Of a stretch of DNA of 64,000 nt, positions 36,401-48,008 are shown in pieces. This DNA is from Plasmodiophora brassicae. Taxonomy: Eukaryota. Each line of letters begins with the position of its first letter. Position 1 is the stretch's first letter. The position numbers and the translations under genes were made by a program. The notes beneath the pieces were generated by a model. The model saw only the letters and a program-made list of their open reading frames with translations. It was not told where the DNA came from and ran no database searches. The DNA lies in the NCBI GenBank assembly GCA_036867785.1, contig CP145409.1, positions 1,364,001-1,428,000 of the forward strand. Direction: 5' to 3'.

Positions 36401-38336
36401 CTATTCGAAGGCGCAGATGCCGGGGCGAACGGGGGACGCCGCCACGCCCCGCGCGACGAGCCGGCAGCGCTGCAGGTCGAGGCGATCTTCCAGTTCGTCG
36501 GACATCGACTGGTTGTTCGTGTGCGACGCCGGGCTCCATAGCCGCTCGGCCACTGATGCGACCATATCAGACGTTCGTCGCTGCCCGTTCGGCACCCGGC
36601 GTACCTGCACTCGTCCGTGGCCAGGACCGCGACATGATATTGTTCTCGTCGACCCGTTCGCCCCACATTGAGCTATGGCCACCGATTACACGTGCGTACT
36701 CGTCGTCGGTCCCGTTGAACGCGCGCGGGTTGCACGCGTACATGTCCTGCCACTCGTCCGACAGGTGGTCCAGGTACCAGCACGCGCTCAGGATCGCACG
36801 CCGACCCGTCCGGACGACACGCTCCACATCGTCCGTCTCCTGCCACACGTCCACGATCGTGTCCTCGTGCATGGGCAGGTTGTCGTCAAACACCTGACCA
36901 CAGAGGCATGTCGGCAATCGCTATCGACGCGATACGCAGATCGACGAATGCAAACCTCCTGCCACACGATGCTGGTTCGCTGCAGGTCGGACGATATGAA
37001 CCGCTGGAGAAAGTCGTGGTAGTCGGCGATCAGGTCGCTGGCGTTGCTGACGTTATTGGCCGTCATGAAGTCGCGCACCTCGTCGCAGTGCTCCAGGCAG
37101 GTCGTGTCGACCTCGTCGCCGCCCACGTGCACCAGCTCTGTCGCCTGGAACACGCGAACCGCCTCCTGGAACGACTCGGGAGTCAGAAGCGATGCTAGAA
37201 CAGCAAACGAGCGCCAGCGTCGTACCGTCCAGAGTTCCGACACGACCTGGCGGGTCTCCGGCTTGGTCGGGTTCAGCATGAACGACCCAGCGTCGGACAC
37301 GTTCGGGCACTGTGCAATGACGTTCGGGTACCCCGGGCCGAACGACGCGCTGTGCCCGGGCGTGTCGAATTCAGGCACGATGCGGATGCCCCGAAACAAC
37401 GCCTGCTGCGCTAGGTGATGAACTATGGCGAACGTCGTCAGCGGCGCCTGGGCACAGCACAAACGGCACCAACAGCGTTACCGTCGAAATGCGTGTAGAC
37501 CATCGCAGGGGTCCAGGCCGCTTTCGCCAGCTCGGGCAGCGCACGCGACTGGAACGGGAAGCTCTGGTCGTCGGACACGTGCCAGTGCAGGACGTTGAGC
37601 TTATTGGCCTCCTGACACGGCTCGTCAAATTGCAGGCTCCATACGCCCCTATTCCCCCGGCTACCATGGCGTCCAGCATGCGTTCAATGACGGGAACAGG
37701 AAGATAGTGCCTGGCGGTGTCGATCATGATGCCGCGGTACGGGTAGGCGGGCGCGTCGTCGACCTGCACGCATTCGACGTAGAACCGGGTGCCCGGATCC
37801 ATGACGGCCTGTACGCCGGCCCCGTCATCGGTTCGTCGCTCCAGGCGTACGACGCCGGCCCGCGGTTCCACGAGCTGCGCGAACGTTTCCAGGCCACGTA
37901 AGACGCCGAACACGGTGTCGGCGACGACCCTGATGCCTGTCTTCAGGCTGACGACAAGCGTGTAGGACTCATCGGTCTGCAGGTCCAGGACGGTCGACGG
38001 ATCCATGATGGACACGTGAATCTGGGACGCGACGCCGACGACGCGCCCGGGCACGCCTTCCCGTTCCTGGCGGGCGGTGGCGGCCACCGGGATCAGGTTC
38101 GCATACCGCTGCTCGGCCTGCGACAGGATCTCGTGGACGGCGTCCCAGTGCGGGCCCTCCTGCGCGAACACGACCTGCAGGCTGGCCGGGTGCAGGCGCC
38201 AGAACCAGGCGCCCTCCGGGTGCGCGATCGACCTCGGCCGTGGCCAGACCGCCCGTGCCGCATTGTACGCCTCGCCGGCGTCGCTGCTGACGAACAGCGC
38301 GACAGCGACCACCAGCAGCACCAGCAGCGCGCGCAT
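36401..38336 (-). CDS. Beta-N-acetylhexosaminidase, GH20, secreted (multi-exon)
   Basis: Signal peptide, VWPRP, DESYTL, GLETFAQL, YRGIMIDTARHYLP, LNVLHWH, VPEFDTPGHS, catalytic HVGGDEV, WYLDH, GG..MWGE, AERLWS. Confidence 0.95.
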
Positions 38337-38589
38337 CGCCACCACGACAGGCCTGGCCGCACCGACGACCAAAATTCGTTTCATGTTCGCCCCCACTGAC
38401 TGGCACTGCCACTGAGGGGCCTGCCCAGCGCCCTAAGCCTCAGCGGCCGGCCACTTTGGTGTGCGGTGGTACGCGCCCTGCGTACGACTATGTGTGGTAC
38501 CCGTACGCAGGCTGCCTACCGTACGTACCACCTTCCGGGGTTGGATCGTCAACCGGTACGCGGGTGTGGATTATTGGTGACGTATCGCG

Positions 38590-40138
38590 ATGAGGGGTTT
38601 GACGTTGCTCGTCGCTGTCGCCTCGCGCTGGGTAATGACGAGCGGGTCGTTAACCGTTCCCGGGGCCGGTGTCGGTCCGCTGCCGACCGTGTTGCCATTG
38701 TATACGCCACCGGTGACGGGGTACATTGGTCCCCAGCCAGGCGACAATGGGGCCAACGTCACCGGGACCGTTGTCGTGTACGCTGGGGACGTGTGCAATC
38801 CAGGCGAGGTGTCGTCTGCTGCCATCTCCGGTCGGGTCGTCTTCGTGTCGGCCGATTCCACGGCCACGATGGCCTGCTTATACGAGCAGGCGTACATGAA
38901 CTTCGTCGCCAGGGACGTCCTCGCCGTCATCCGTAAGACATAGAGTGCACCTGTTGCGAGTGCTTCCAGGCGGGAAACCTGATACTCGTATCGCACTATT
39001 AGTCTGTTACATAGACGAGTTCCCGAGCTATAACATCTGGCTACACGATGGGACGTTCGGCAGTCGGACGCGCGCTCTGCGCCCAATGTTCCTGCTGACC
39101 GGACCCAGCGCCAACGTGTACGAGGCCCTGATCGGTAACTTGCCTGGTCGGAACGTCACCATCTATCCGGACGTTAACGTCTGGGAGGCTGCCTACGCCG
39201 GGCTGTCCTATCAGCTGTTCGTAAGGGGATTCCCCAGCGCCATTCTGATCCTGTCGGGCTTGTCCGCTGCCGTCTTCTTCATCGTTCATATGCGGAACAT
39301 CGCCGCCAGGGTCACGCGGGATACGCCGAGCAACCGATCAGTGCCCGCGGCACGTCGCCTGCGGCTCGTCGCTTCGTATATCGCGCTGCCGCACGTGACG
39401 CTGTTCGTCGAAATGGTGACAGCAACGGCAGCTGGGCTCGTGCTGGCAGTCGGTGGATATTACAGCACGCCGAATATCGAGTTCCCGGTTCAGGCGTTCT
39501 TCAGCACACTGTTGGGGGGCTGGGGGCTCGCCTGCTCGATCGCATGCGCCATGACGTGGACCCGGAAGCTAACCGAAGTCATTGGCGCGAGGGACGTGTC
39601 CTGGATCACACGGATCATCAGGGGCGACAAGCCAATCGTCACCGCCCTGCTCTGCACCATCCCGATCGTGCTGGACACGGCGGTCACGTCGAACTTTACA
39701 CATAACTACTGCCCACCGATCCTGGCGAACGGTTACGGCGTCATCTCAACGCTGTTCCAAATCGTCATTGGGGTCCACGTCATCATCAGCGTGTGCCGGT
39801 ACCACCGCATGGTATTGAAGGTCCAGGTGGGCGTGGGTGAACTCAGTCTGCGACGCGACGCCAACGTCGACAAGGTCATGCAACGACTGAGCCGGTGCGC
39901 CCTGGGACTATCGCTGTCCATGATTTTGAACTGTTGTGGCTCTGGGATCATCGGCGCCGCCCCGGTCTACGCGTACACGCCCGAAGGATGGACGCTGGCC
40001 TGGACACTGACGTACACCGGCCGCGCTTTGGACAGCGTGTTCCGCGTCGCCATGTTTAAGCCTCGACTGCGTCCAACGTCGACTGCCGCCACCGCTGTCG
40101 TACACCCGGGCCACCCTGGACCGGCCGCACCCATGTAG
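38590..40138 (+). CDS. Seven-transmembrane (GPCR-like) protein with signal peptide and PA-like ectodomain
   Basis: Signal peptide MRGLTLLVAVAS, ectodomain GTVVVYAGDVC..ISGRVVFV, one intron near 38932-39002, then about 7 hydrophobic helices. Confidence 0.65.
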
Positions 40139-40355
40139 AGATGCGATCGGACACGACGCTGGCGTCAGAACAAATCAACGATCACCATCCGCAATGCGGT
40201 CGAACCATTGCGCATGATGACTGCCTGATTTGGTCGCATACGATGCCAATAGTTGCCAACCGTGTTCCACGCGCTGAGAGCGGGACGTTATCGTGGACGT
40301 GACCCTGTATTGCACTGCATGGAGCGGCGCGCTCGCTGGCAGGGTGTAGCGTGTC

Positions 40356-40946
40356 CTAGTTAGTACTGGCGGGTTTGAAATCGAGCGACGCGCTGTTGAT
40401 GCAGTATCGCAAGCCGGTCTTGTCGCGCGGGCCATCGTTGAACACTAGCACGCGGCAAACGGCGTTCAGTACAAATGCACGAGCGGCGGGGATGAACCAG
40501 CCAGACGTCTTACCGTGCCCGAGGTGCGCGTTGCACGTCCGACACCGGGTCTCCGTCCGCTTCATGCCGTGCGACTTGTCAACGATCTCAGCGACGTTGC
40601 CCTTGAGGCAGTCGAAGAAGGACGGCCAGCCGGTGCCCGAGTCGAATTTGGTGCCGGACTCGAAGAGCGGCGTCTCGCAGACGATGCAGATGTAGGTGCC
40701 GGGCTCATGGTGCTTGCAGTACTTGCCGGTGAACGGGCGCTCGGTCCCGGCCGACTGCGTCACGTCGAACTGTTCGGGCGTCAGGCGCTTCCTCAGCGCC
40801 TCCAGCTGCTCGGGCGTCCACGCCGGGCGCACGCCGCACGCCTGCGACCCGCACTCCATCGACGCACGTCGTTGGTTGCCAAATGTGGACAGCGCTCGCA
40901 TGCGGACGCGCACGCGCCCGCACAGGTCGCCTACCCAAGAAATCAT
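40356..40946 (-). CDS. msrB: Methionine-R-sulfoxide reductase B (Zn-binding, Cys type)
   Basis: [66 protein letters not shown]. Intron 40445-40513; Arg-rich leader. Confidence 0.95.
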   Translation of the reverse strand: MISWVGDLCGRVRVRMRALSTFGNQRRASMECGSQACGVRPAWTPEQLEALRKRLTPEQFDVTQSAGTERPFTGKYCKHHEPGTYICIVCETPLFESGTKFDSGTGWPSFFDCLKGNVAEIVDKSHGMKRTETRCRTCNAHLGHGKTSGWFIPAARAFVLNAVCRVLVFNDGPRDKTGLRYCINSASLDFKPASTN

Positions 40947-41568
40947 TGCGGCAACGCGTGCCGCCGCGTACGTTCGAGAATGCAACCAATGGCGACCTGC
41001 TAGAACACTGGCAGACGGCCGATGCTGTGACATGATTGAGCGGTGGCGACAGGCGCGTCGCAGTGTGGCTGAGCGGCGCCGGGTCTGTGGCCCCAGAGCT
41101 ACCAAGTCCCCCCGACCGCTCCCTTTGGGACAGCCTTTCTACAGCACTTGAATTCGTCCTTATTCGACTTTGGCACCGCAGCACCAATAACTATATACTT
41201 TAGAACTGTTTACAGTCGATATACGCATTGTATCAACGGATACGCGTCCCAGGGGCAGCCACATCCAACGTACCGGCTCAACCACGCAAACCCAGCCCGA
41301 TCCCCAGTCGGCTATAGCCATTGCACGACTATGGTTCTGCACGCGACCCGCCGAACCCGACTTGCAGCAAACCTCGTCGTCACTGGCCAATGCTCGATGC
41401 AGCCCCACGTGCATGGTCCTTAGTTTAGTTCGCTCATTCTGGTGTTCGCGTTGTTTCACGCAGGCGCCTCGGTGTCGGGTCCGAGGACCAGAAAAACACG
41501 CGCAGGCCGTAGACTCCTTAGTCAGTGTTGTCAGGGTTGCGATCCGGCTCGCCAGTCTGTCCTCCGGC

Positions 41569-42352
41569 ATGGCGGCCGATGACGAGGTGTACCATGCGGA
41601 GGTGCTGGACCGGGCCACCATGGGTCAGATCTTCACCTACCTGACCATATTCGAGATGGTCAACGTGACGAAGGTGTCGCGCGACTGGGCCAGCATCGTG
41701 GCGGATGAGACGATCACGCACACGACGCGCCTGGATTTCAGCCAGCTGTGGTTCCTGCTGGGCGAGATGGACCCCGCCCCTGTCGTCCGTCTGCTGACAC
41801 GATACGTCAACGTCACGAAAATATCGTTCGCATATTGCCACCATTTGACCGACAACAAGCTGATTGCCATCCTGGAGACCATACCGAACAAGGCGAACGT
41901 TCGCCAGATGTCGCTCTTCTACTGCTACAAGCTCACCGATCAGGCCATCCGATTCATTGCCAGGTCGTTTCCCAATCTCGAGGACATCAACATCGGGTCG
42001 CTGTTCGAGATCACCGACAAATCGATCCAGGGCGTCGCCCAGTTCTGTCGCAATATTCGACGGCTGACCATCGTAGGCAATTGCTGACGTCGGCGTTGAT
42101 TCCTGGTTCAGACACCCACACACGTGTCATTTGCAGAATCACAACGAGCGGTTCACGAACGATATCCTGATCGACTTCAGCACCATGGTCAACCTGCGGT
42201 TCATCGACATGCAGTTCACGAAGGTGGACAAGAAGTTCGTCGATGAGCACCGGGAATCGTTCCCCGCCGTAACGATCCTCGGTCCGGAACGCCAGGCAGC
42301 CCCGCCCGATACCGCCGTTCGTGTGATCCGACCGCGTCCCCCGGGCTCATGA
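41569..42352 (+). CDS. F-box/leucine-rich repeat protein
   Basis: F-box-like QIFTYLT..MVNVTKVSRDW, then cysteine-containing LRRs (ISFAYCHHLTD, MSLFYCYKLTDQAI, INIGSLFEITD); one intron near 42074-42136. Confidence 0.8.
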
Positions 42353-42473
42353 CTGATATTGTACAATTATTCGCTCCATCAAACTACGGCATCGTCAGGA
42401 GGCGTCCAGGAATTGTACGCCTCGGCAATGTTCTCGATTATAACGGGGATGGCACGGTGCGTCTCTATTTCGT

Positions 42474-43151
42474 TCAGGTTTGCTCCGACTTGAAAGCGCT
42501 CAGGTCGAGCTTCTGCGACAGCATCTTCCTGAAGTCTACGCGTGCGGCCCAGCCGTGTCAGCAGCGCAGGACAATGACGGGTTGGGCATCGACGCCGACC
42601 TTCCAGGCCGATCTTCCCGTCACCGTCCACGTCGGCGGTCTCCACGACGACCTTGATGTCGTCGTCGGTGATGTCGCCCAGCCCCAGCTTGCCGAGGATG
42701 TCGCGCAGGACGTCGGTGCTGACGAACCCAGTGGATTTCGGGTCGTACACCTAGACAGAGCAGCAGAGGTCCACACCGTGCGGGACATGGCACCCATGAC
42801 ATCCAGACGGACCTTGAACGCTTCGGCGGCCGGATCAAAGTTCGTCAGCGTGTTGTCGGCCAGCAGCTCGTAGAGGTCGTTGAACGTCAGCTCCGACTTG
42901 TTGTTCATCAGGAACTTCAGCTCGCGAACGGGGACGTTGCTGTAGAAGATCGGCAGGCGCGCCTTCAGGTCGTCCATCGTCAGGTACCCCTTCTTGGTCA
43001 CGTCGAAGAAGTCGAACGCCTGCTGCAGCTCGGCGCGCTGCACGTGGATGCCGCCCGTCGCATGATGCGCCGCGGCGCCGACCTTCCTCCCCGTCGGCGA
43101 TGCGCTTCGCTGCCGCAGCGCCGGTGACGATCGCGACGTCGCCTGCGGCAT
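42474..43151 (-). CDS. EF-hand calmodulin-like protein (3 exons)
   Basis: ELQQAFDFFDVTKKGYLT, EAFK|VYDPKSTGFVS, ADVDGDGKIGLE|DFRKML. Confidence 0.85.
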
Positions 43152-43403
43152 CACCTCGTCTAGACGGCCGACGACGGGTACAGGATATCGATCAGCGGGC
43201 ATAGCAGGCGAGTGGTGGTGAATGGTGCAAGCGGTGGGGACGGTCGTTCGTCGGCGGCATTTAGTGCGCGTCCGAAGCGTTGGCGGTCGTTTGCCGCTGG
43301 GTCTGGGTCGCGATCATGGCGGCCGATGCGCAGGTTCGTACTGCCGCCGCGTGTGGGCAGCGATGCACACAGCGTTGACGTCGTCGGCGCATGGCAGACG
43401 TCG

Positions 43404-44875
43404 ATGGCGATGCTGGAGGCGGGCCTGTCCGACAACGACCTGTCGTCGTCGTCGGCGTTCTCGTCGGACCTGTCGGCGGACGAGGCCACCGGATACGGCT
43501 CCGACCTGTTCATCGACGATGACGACCGGCAGCGCCTGATGGCCATGCCCGAGCTGCAGCGTGAACAGATCCTGTTGCGTCGGAAGGAACAAATCGACAA
43601 GAACAAGGAGCGGGCGCAGGCCCAGATCAAGTGGCGCCTCGAGCAACGCAAGAAGCGGAAGCTGGCCGATGCCGCCGATTCCAGCATCGCTCACGACCGG
43701 TCACGGCGCGAGAAACCTCGGGAATCCAGCAAGGATGCCGCCATGGAGGACATTCGTGGGCGACGACGCAAACAGATCCAGCAGCGCCAGTCCGAAATGC
43801 AATCGTACGCCGTCGATGACGACTACGCCGACGAGGACGACGAGCAGGACGACGAGTACGCCGACGACCAGGTATGTACGCGCCTGCTCTGTTGTAGCAG
43901 TAGACGTCGCGATATCCTCATTGCCGTTGAACAGGACGATGAGTACGGCGGGGAGAGGCCGCACAAGAAGGGGAAGACTGGTCGGGGCTTCCCGTATGGG
44001 AAAGCGGAAGCGTTCGGCGACCATGAGCAGGACCAGGCCGCTGTCGACTTCGACGTCCTGTCGCATCACGCGATGGCGGACGCGCCGATCGACCATGCGA
44101 CGATGCGAGCGATGCAGCTGCGACGCCCGGCCCTGGAATCCCTGATCGACGAGCCGTTCGCCGACGACGTCATCCCCGGCATGTTCGTCCGCATCGGCCT
44201 CGGCACGAACGATGCCACCGGCGACCACGTGTCCGTTTGGGGTCGTCCCCTGCCCAGTGCGTTGTCGTGTTTGACGTCCTGCCCGTTGTAGGTATCGTGC
44301 CGTTCGCATCGCATCGATCTGTGAGTACCCTCGGCGGTACCAGCTGACGACGATGCCGAGGACGACGTCGAAGGCGGTGACGGTGGAGTTCGGGTCGGCA
44401 TCGAAGACGTTCAAGATCACGCAGGTGTCGTCCCATAGCATCACGCAGCGTGAAGCGTTGCAATGGGTGCACGCCCAGACCAAGGACGGCCTGCCCGTGC
44501 CGACCATTGGCGAATCGATCAAGACGAAGGTGCAAGCCGAGAAGGTTCGTCGGACGTTCCTGTACACGCCGTCCATGGTGGACGACATGATCGCCAGACG
44601 GGACGTGCATCGCGGCGGGCGGTCGCACAACACGACCCAGCAGAAGTTCGAGCTGCATCGCGCTCTGCAAATCGCCAAGGATGAAGGCGACGTGGCGCGG
44701 GTCACTGAGGTCGAGTCGCGCCTCGACGACCTCAACGAGTACATCAGCAAGATGAAGCGGCGTCAGGACAACGCCCTGGTCATCGAGCAGGTCAACCAGC
44801 GCATCCGTCGGCACAACAAGCTGCTGGACCTGGAGGGGGACCGGCAACGGCAGCAGCGTCGGGACAGTGCAGCGG

Positions 44876-44908
<33 letters not shown>

Positions 44909-45204
44909 GTGAGGCGGCACGTTCTCGGCGCACGTCGATGGACGATCTGGATGACATGGCGGCGCCTGCGTCCACATCGAAGCTTCAGCCTGTCGTCATG
45001 ACGCCTGCGCTTCGTGCTCTGATGCGGGCGCATGCGTTCCCGCTGCAGATTGACGTGACGGCGCCCAGTAAGGGCACCGGGCGACGATCATATGCCGATC
45101 TGCACCCATGCGCGTTCCTGTGCCCGCTCCCGTTCGCCGATCGTCGGCAATTCACCCAGACGCTATCGCTGCGCGAATGGAGACAGAAACGCGGCCTTGA
45201 ATAA
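43404..45204 (+). CDS. RTF1: PAF1 complex subunit RTF1 (Plus3 domain)
   Basis: HMD-like DLFIDDDDRQRLMAMPELQREQIL, Plus3 LESLIDEPFADDVIPGMFVRIGLG..|YRAVRI, C-terminal LSLREWRQKRGL. Two introns; GCA repeat encoding poly-Ala. Confidence 0.85.
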
Positions 45205-45507
45205 TAACAAGAGTAAACACGTTGCGACATCGTGACCAGCGTTGGATTCTGGCGGGTTGACGCGGCACTGGGTGAGGCACCAGTCCGTCGACGAATCGGA
45301 ACAGGGGCGCTCTAAGAATCGGACGCCATCGCCCCTCCCCCGGACGACCTGGCCCGGGGCTGGCAAGCTCAATATTGACGTGAGTCAAGGCTCTACCCCG
45401 GAATCTGCTGTTACGTTGGCTCCCAGGGATGATTGTAGATGTTCAACGCGGTGCAGACACCCCCTGGACTGCGACGTGTATCGACTGACGATGACGACCA
45501 TGGTCGA

Positions 45508-46150
45508 TTAGGCGGACTTGTCGCTGGCCTGCTGGGGTGCCTCGTGCCCCTGTCCCTGGCGGACAACGACCACGGGGACGTTCAGGTGGTGGCACAGGTG
45601 GTCCGAGGTGGACCCCAGGCCAATGGCCGACAGCATGGCGCGCTTGATGGTGCCCAGGCCGCGCGACCCGCACACCACCATGCTGAACGGGCAGTCGGCC
45701 TGCTCGATCTGATGGATAATCGTAGCGCCCACCGACCCCGACTGCGTGTACACACGCCCTTCAATGTGCAGGCCCAGCCGGTCTCCCCATTCCTTGCAAT
45801 CCGACAGCTGCCCATTGATAAACCTGCGGCGATCGCGGGCCGTCACGTGCTCGCTTCGAACGCGGGCCGAACGAATCAGACACGTACTGTTCCGCCAACT
45901 CCATGGCCGACTGGCGTTCCTTCTGCACGGCCTCCTGGTCGAATACGCCGGGGACGCCCATCTCGTCGCCGTAGTACGTGCCGTCCGGCAGGTTGGCTTC
46001 GTCGATGCAGGCCACGGTGGCCAGGACGATCGTGTCGCCCCGTTGCACGATGTTGTCGCGCGCCCAGGACCACGCCCACGCCGACGACGGCGACTGGTCC
46101 AGGCAGACCATGATGCGCCGATCGGCACCCGCCTGCACGCGTGCGCTCAT
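45508..46150 (-). CDS. Universal stress protein (USP domain)
   Basis: RRIMVCLDQSPSSAWAWSWA, MVVCGSRGLGTIKRAML..LGSTSDHLCHHLNVPVVVVR; one intron. Confidence 0.9.
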
Positions 46151-46411
46151 GTCGTCCGACAAACAACCGGTCGCCGAATCGGACTCCGGGCGGGGGACGC
46201 TCGGCAACCGACGTCCCAGGTGTACTGCAGAAGGTGGTCGGTGCCGCTATTTCGGTCCGCAGCGGACAATTGCCGACCCGATGCGACGCTGTCTGTGCCG
46301 CCGGTGTGGCCGTGACGGGCCTCTATGATACGAATACTTTACTACCTTCACAGCCAGGGAGTTCATACAGGGCATGGACGGATGGCAGGCACCGGTCGTC
46401 GGTGAAGCGCG

Positions 46412-47053
46412 TTACTTCTTGCCATCCAGACGGTGCCCTTGGCCGGAGAAGGGCTTGAATCCAGGCGGGGCGGCGCCGCCCCTCGGCTGGTACGCTGGCG
46501 GTTCGCTGGGTCCCGGCGCCGGGTACGCTTGCGCCTGTTGCTGTTGTTGGAACATGCCGGAGTTGCCACCGCCGGGGCCGTCGTCGCCGCCCATGAAGAC
46601 ACTCGACAGGCCGTTGACGCCGAACAGGTGTCGCAGCTCGTCGTACAGCTGGTTGCTGATGAAGGCGGCGGCCGTGCCGACAATGACGCTGAGTGGGAAG
46701 ACGACCAGGGCCAGCGATATGGTCGACTGGGCCGCCTTATCGAACGGAGCCGCACCGACCCCCGCCAAGGCGGTGTTGACGATCGACGTGAACACCTGGA
46801 TAGCACTGATCAACGTGTAGCAGGGCAGTTTCTGGACCTCGTATCCCTCCGGGTTGCGGATGGCGAAGAAGGCGCACAGGGAGACCGCCATCGTGATCAG
46901 GCTGTACAGGATATCGCCGGCGAAACAGGTGACAATCAGGACGACGATATGGACGGGGATGACCACGCGCAGGCGCTGCGCCAGGAGCTTGGCGCGATCC
47001 GACGGGCTGATCAGGAGCTGCGGGGCGCCACCGCCCATCGGGAGCAGGCACAT
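46412..47053 (-). CDS. Multi-pass membrane protein with C-terminal SHP-box-like motif
   Basis: About 4 hydrophobic segments followed by a Q/P-rich tail ending FKPFSGQGHRLDGKK. Confidence 0.65.
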   Translation of the reverse strand: MCLLPMGGGAPQLLISPSDRAKLLAQRLRVVIPVHIVVLIVTCFAGDILYSLITMAVSLCAFFAIRNPEGYEVQKLPCYTLISAIQVFTSIVNTALAGVGAAPFDKAAQSTISLALVVFPLSVIVGTAAAFISNQLYDELRHLFGVNGLSSVFMGGDDGPGGGNSGMFQQQQQAQAYPAPGPSEPPAYQPRGGAAPPGFKPFSGQGHRLDGKK

Positions 47054-47420
47054 GGCGGGTCGGTCGACGTCGGCGGGTTGGCCCACTACAAGTTCGGCCA
47101 GCCACCCGAATCAACAACAACACTGACAGTAATAGAAAGTGTAACCCGTCGACAAAAAGCCGCCACTACGCGAACGCAGTTTCGGCGGCGGACTTTTTTT
47201 GGACCCTGCGCCTGTGGACAGACAGCCGGCAAGAGTGGGCATCAATCATCGGACACTGAGTCCTGACGGCACAGAAGGTATACAGCCGGCCTACCGTCAC
47301 GATGACCTATACCTCGTCACACAGTAATGATGAGTCCGCTCGGCATTCGGTACTAGTCGTGGTCCGGCGACCGTTGGCGACGTCCCAGTTGGGTCCGGAT
47401 CCGACAGTCCCGGGCGGGCC

Positions 47421-47917
47421 ATGCAGCAGCAGCCCGTGTACCAGCAAGGGCCCGATGGGACGTACCACCAAGTCGGGTTCGCGACAGTGGCCACGGGGCC
47501 GCAGCTCGTCCAGGCACCTCCTGCCATGTACATGCAGGGTGGCATGCCGCAGACGATGGTCTATGCACAACAGCCGCAGATGATGATGGCACAGCCGCAG
47601 GTCATGATGCAACACCAGCCCATGGCTCAACCTGCGCCACAAACGTCACCCGCGTCACCGCCTCCGTACAAGGGCAAAGACGAGTAACGTTGTCGCAGAC
47701 CGTCTGTCCGGGCCCAACACCATTACTGACCGCTGGACGTCGTCAACAGGCCGGAGAAGGAAGACGGCGGGTGCTGTCTCTGCGTGCTCTGCGCTGCGTT
47801 AGTCGGCGGATGTAAGCCATGCGATGTCGGCCGGTGGTTCGTAGCGATCGGTACTGATCAGTGTACTGCCTCCCAGGTATTTTGTACTTGAAGGCGGCCG
47901 CAGGGATGACCAGCTAG
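47421..47917 (+). CDS. Small Gln/Pro-rich tail-anchored protein, CYSTM-like (3 exons)
   Basis: Q/P/M-rich N-terminus. Splicing 47684-47749 and ~47812-47876 gives EKEDGGCCLCVLCAALVGGCILYLKAAAGMTS*. Confidence 0.6.
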
Positions 47918-48008
47918 GACCGTCTAGGCACGACAGCGTCCTATCCGACGACCTGCAACGACACGCGCGTACCACGATTCATGTGTAATAACAAGCCGAG
48001 TGTGAACA

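Noticed and set aside
5061-38336. Glycan-metabolism gene cluster (GH5, CE4, GH20)
   Set aside because: The genes are 10-17 kb apart and separated by unrelated genes; there is no evidence of clustering.
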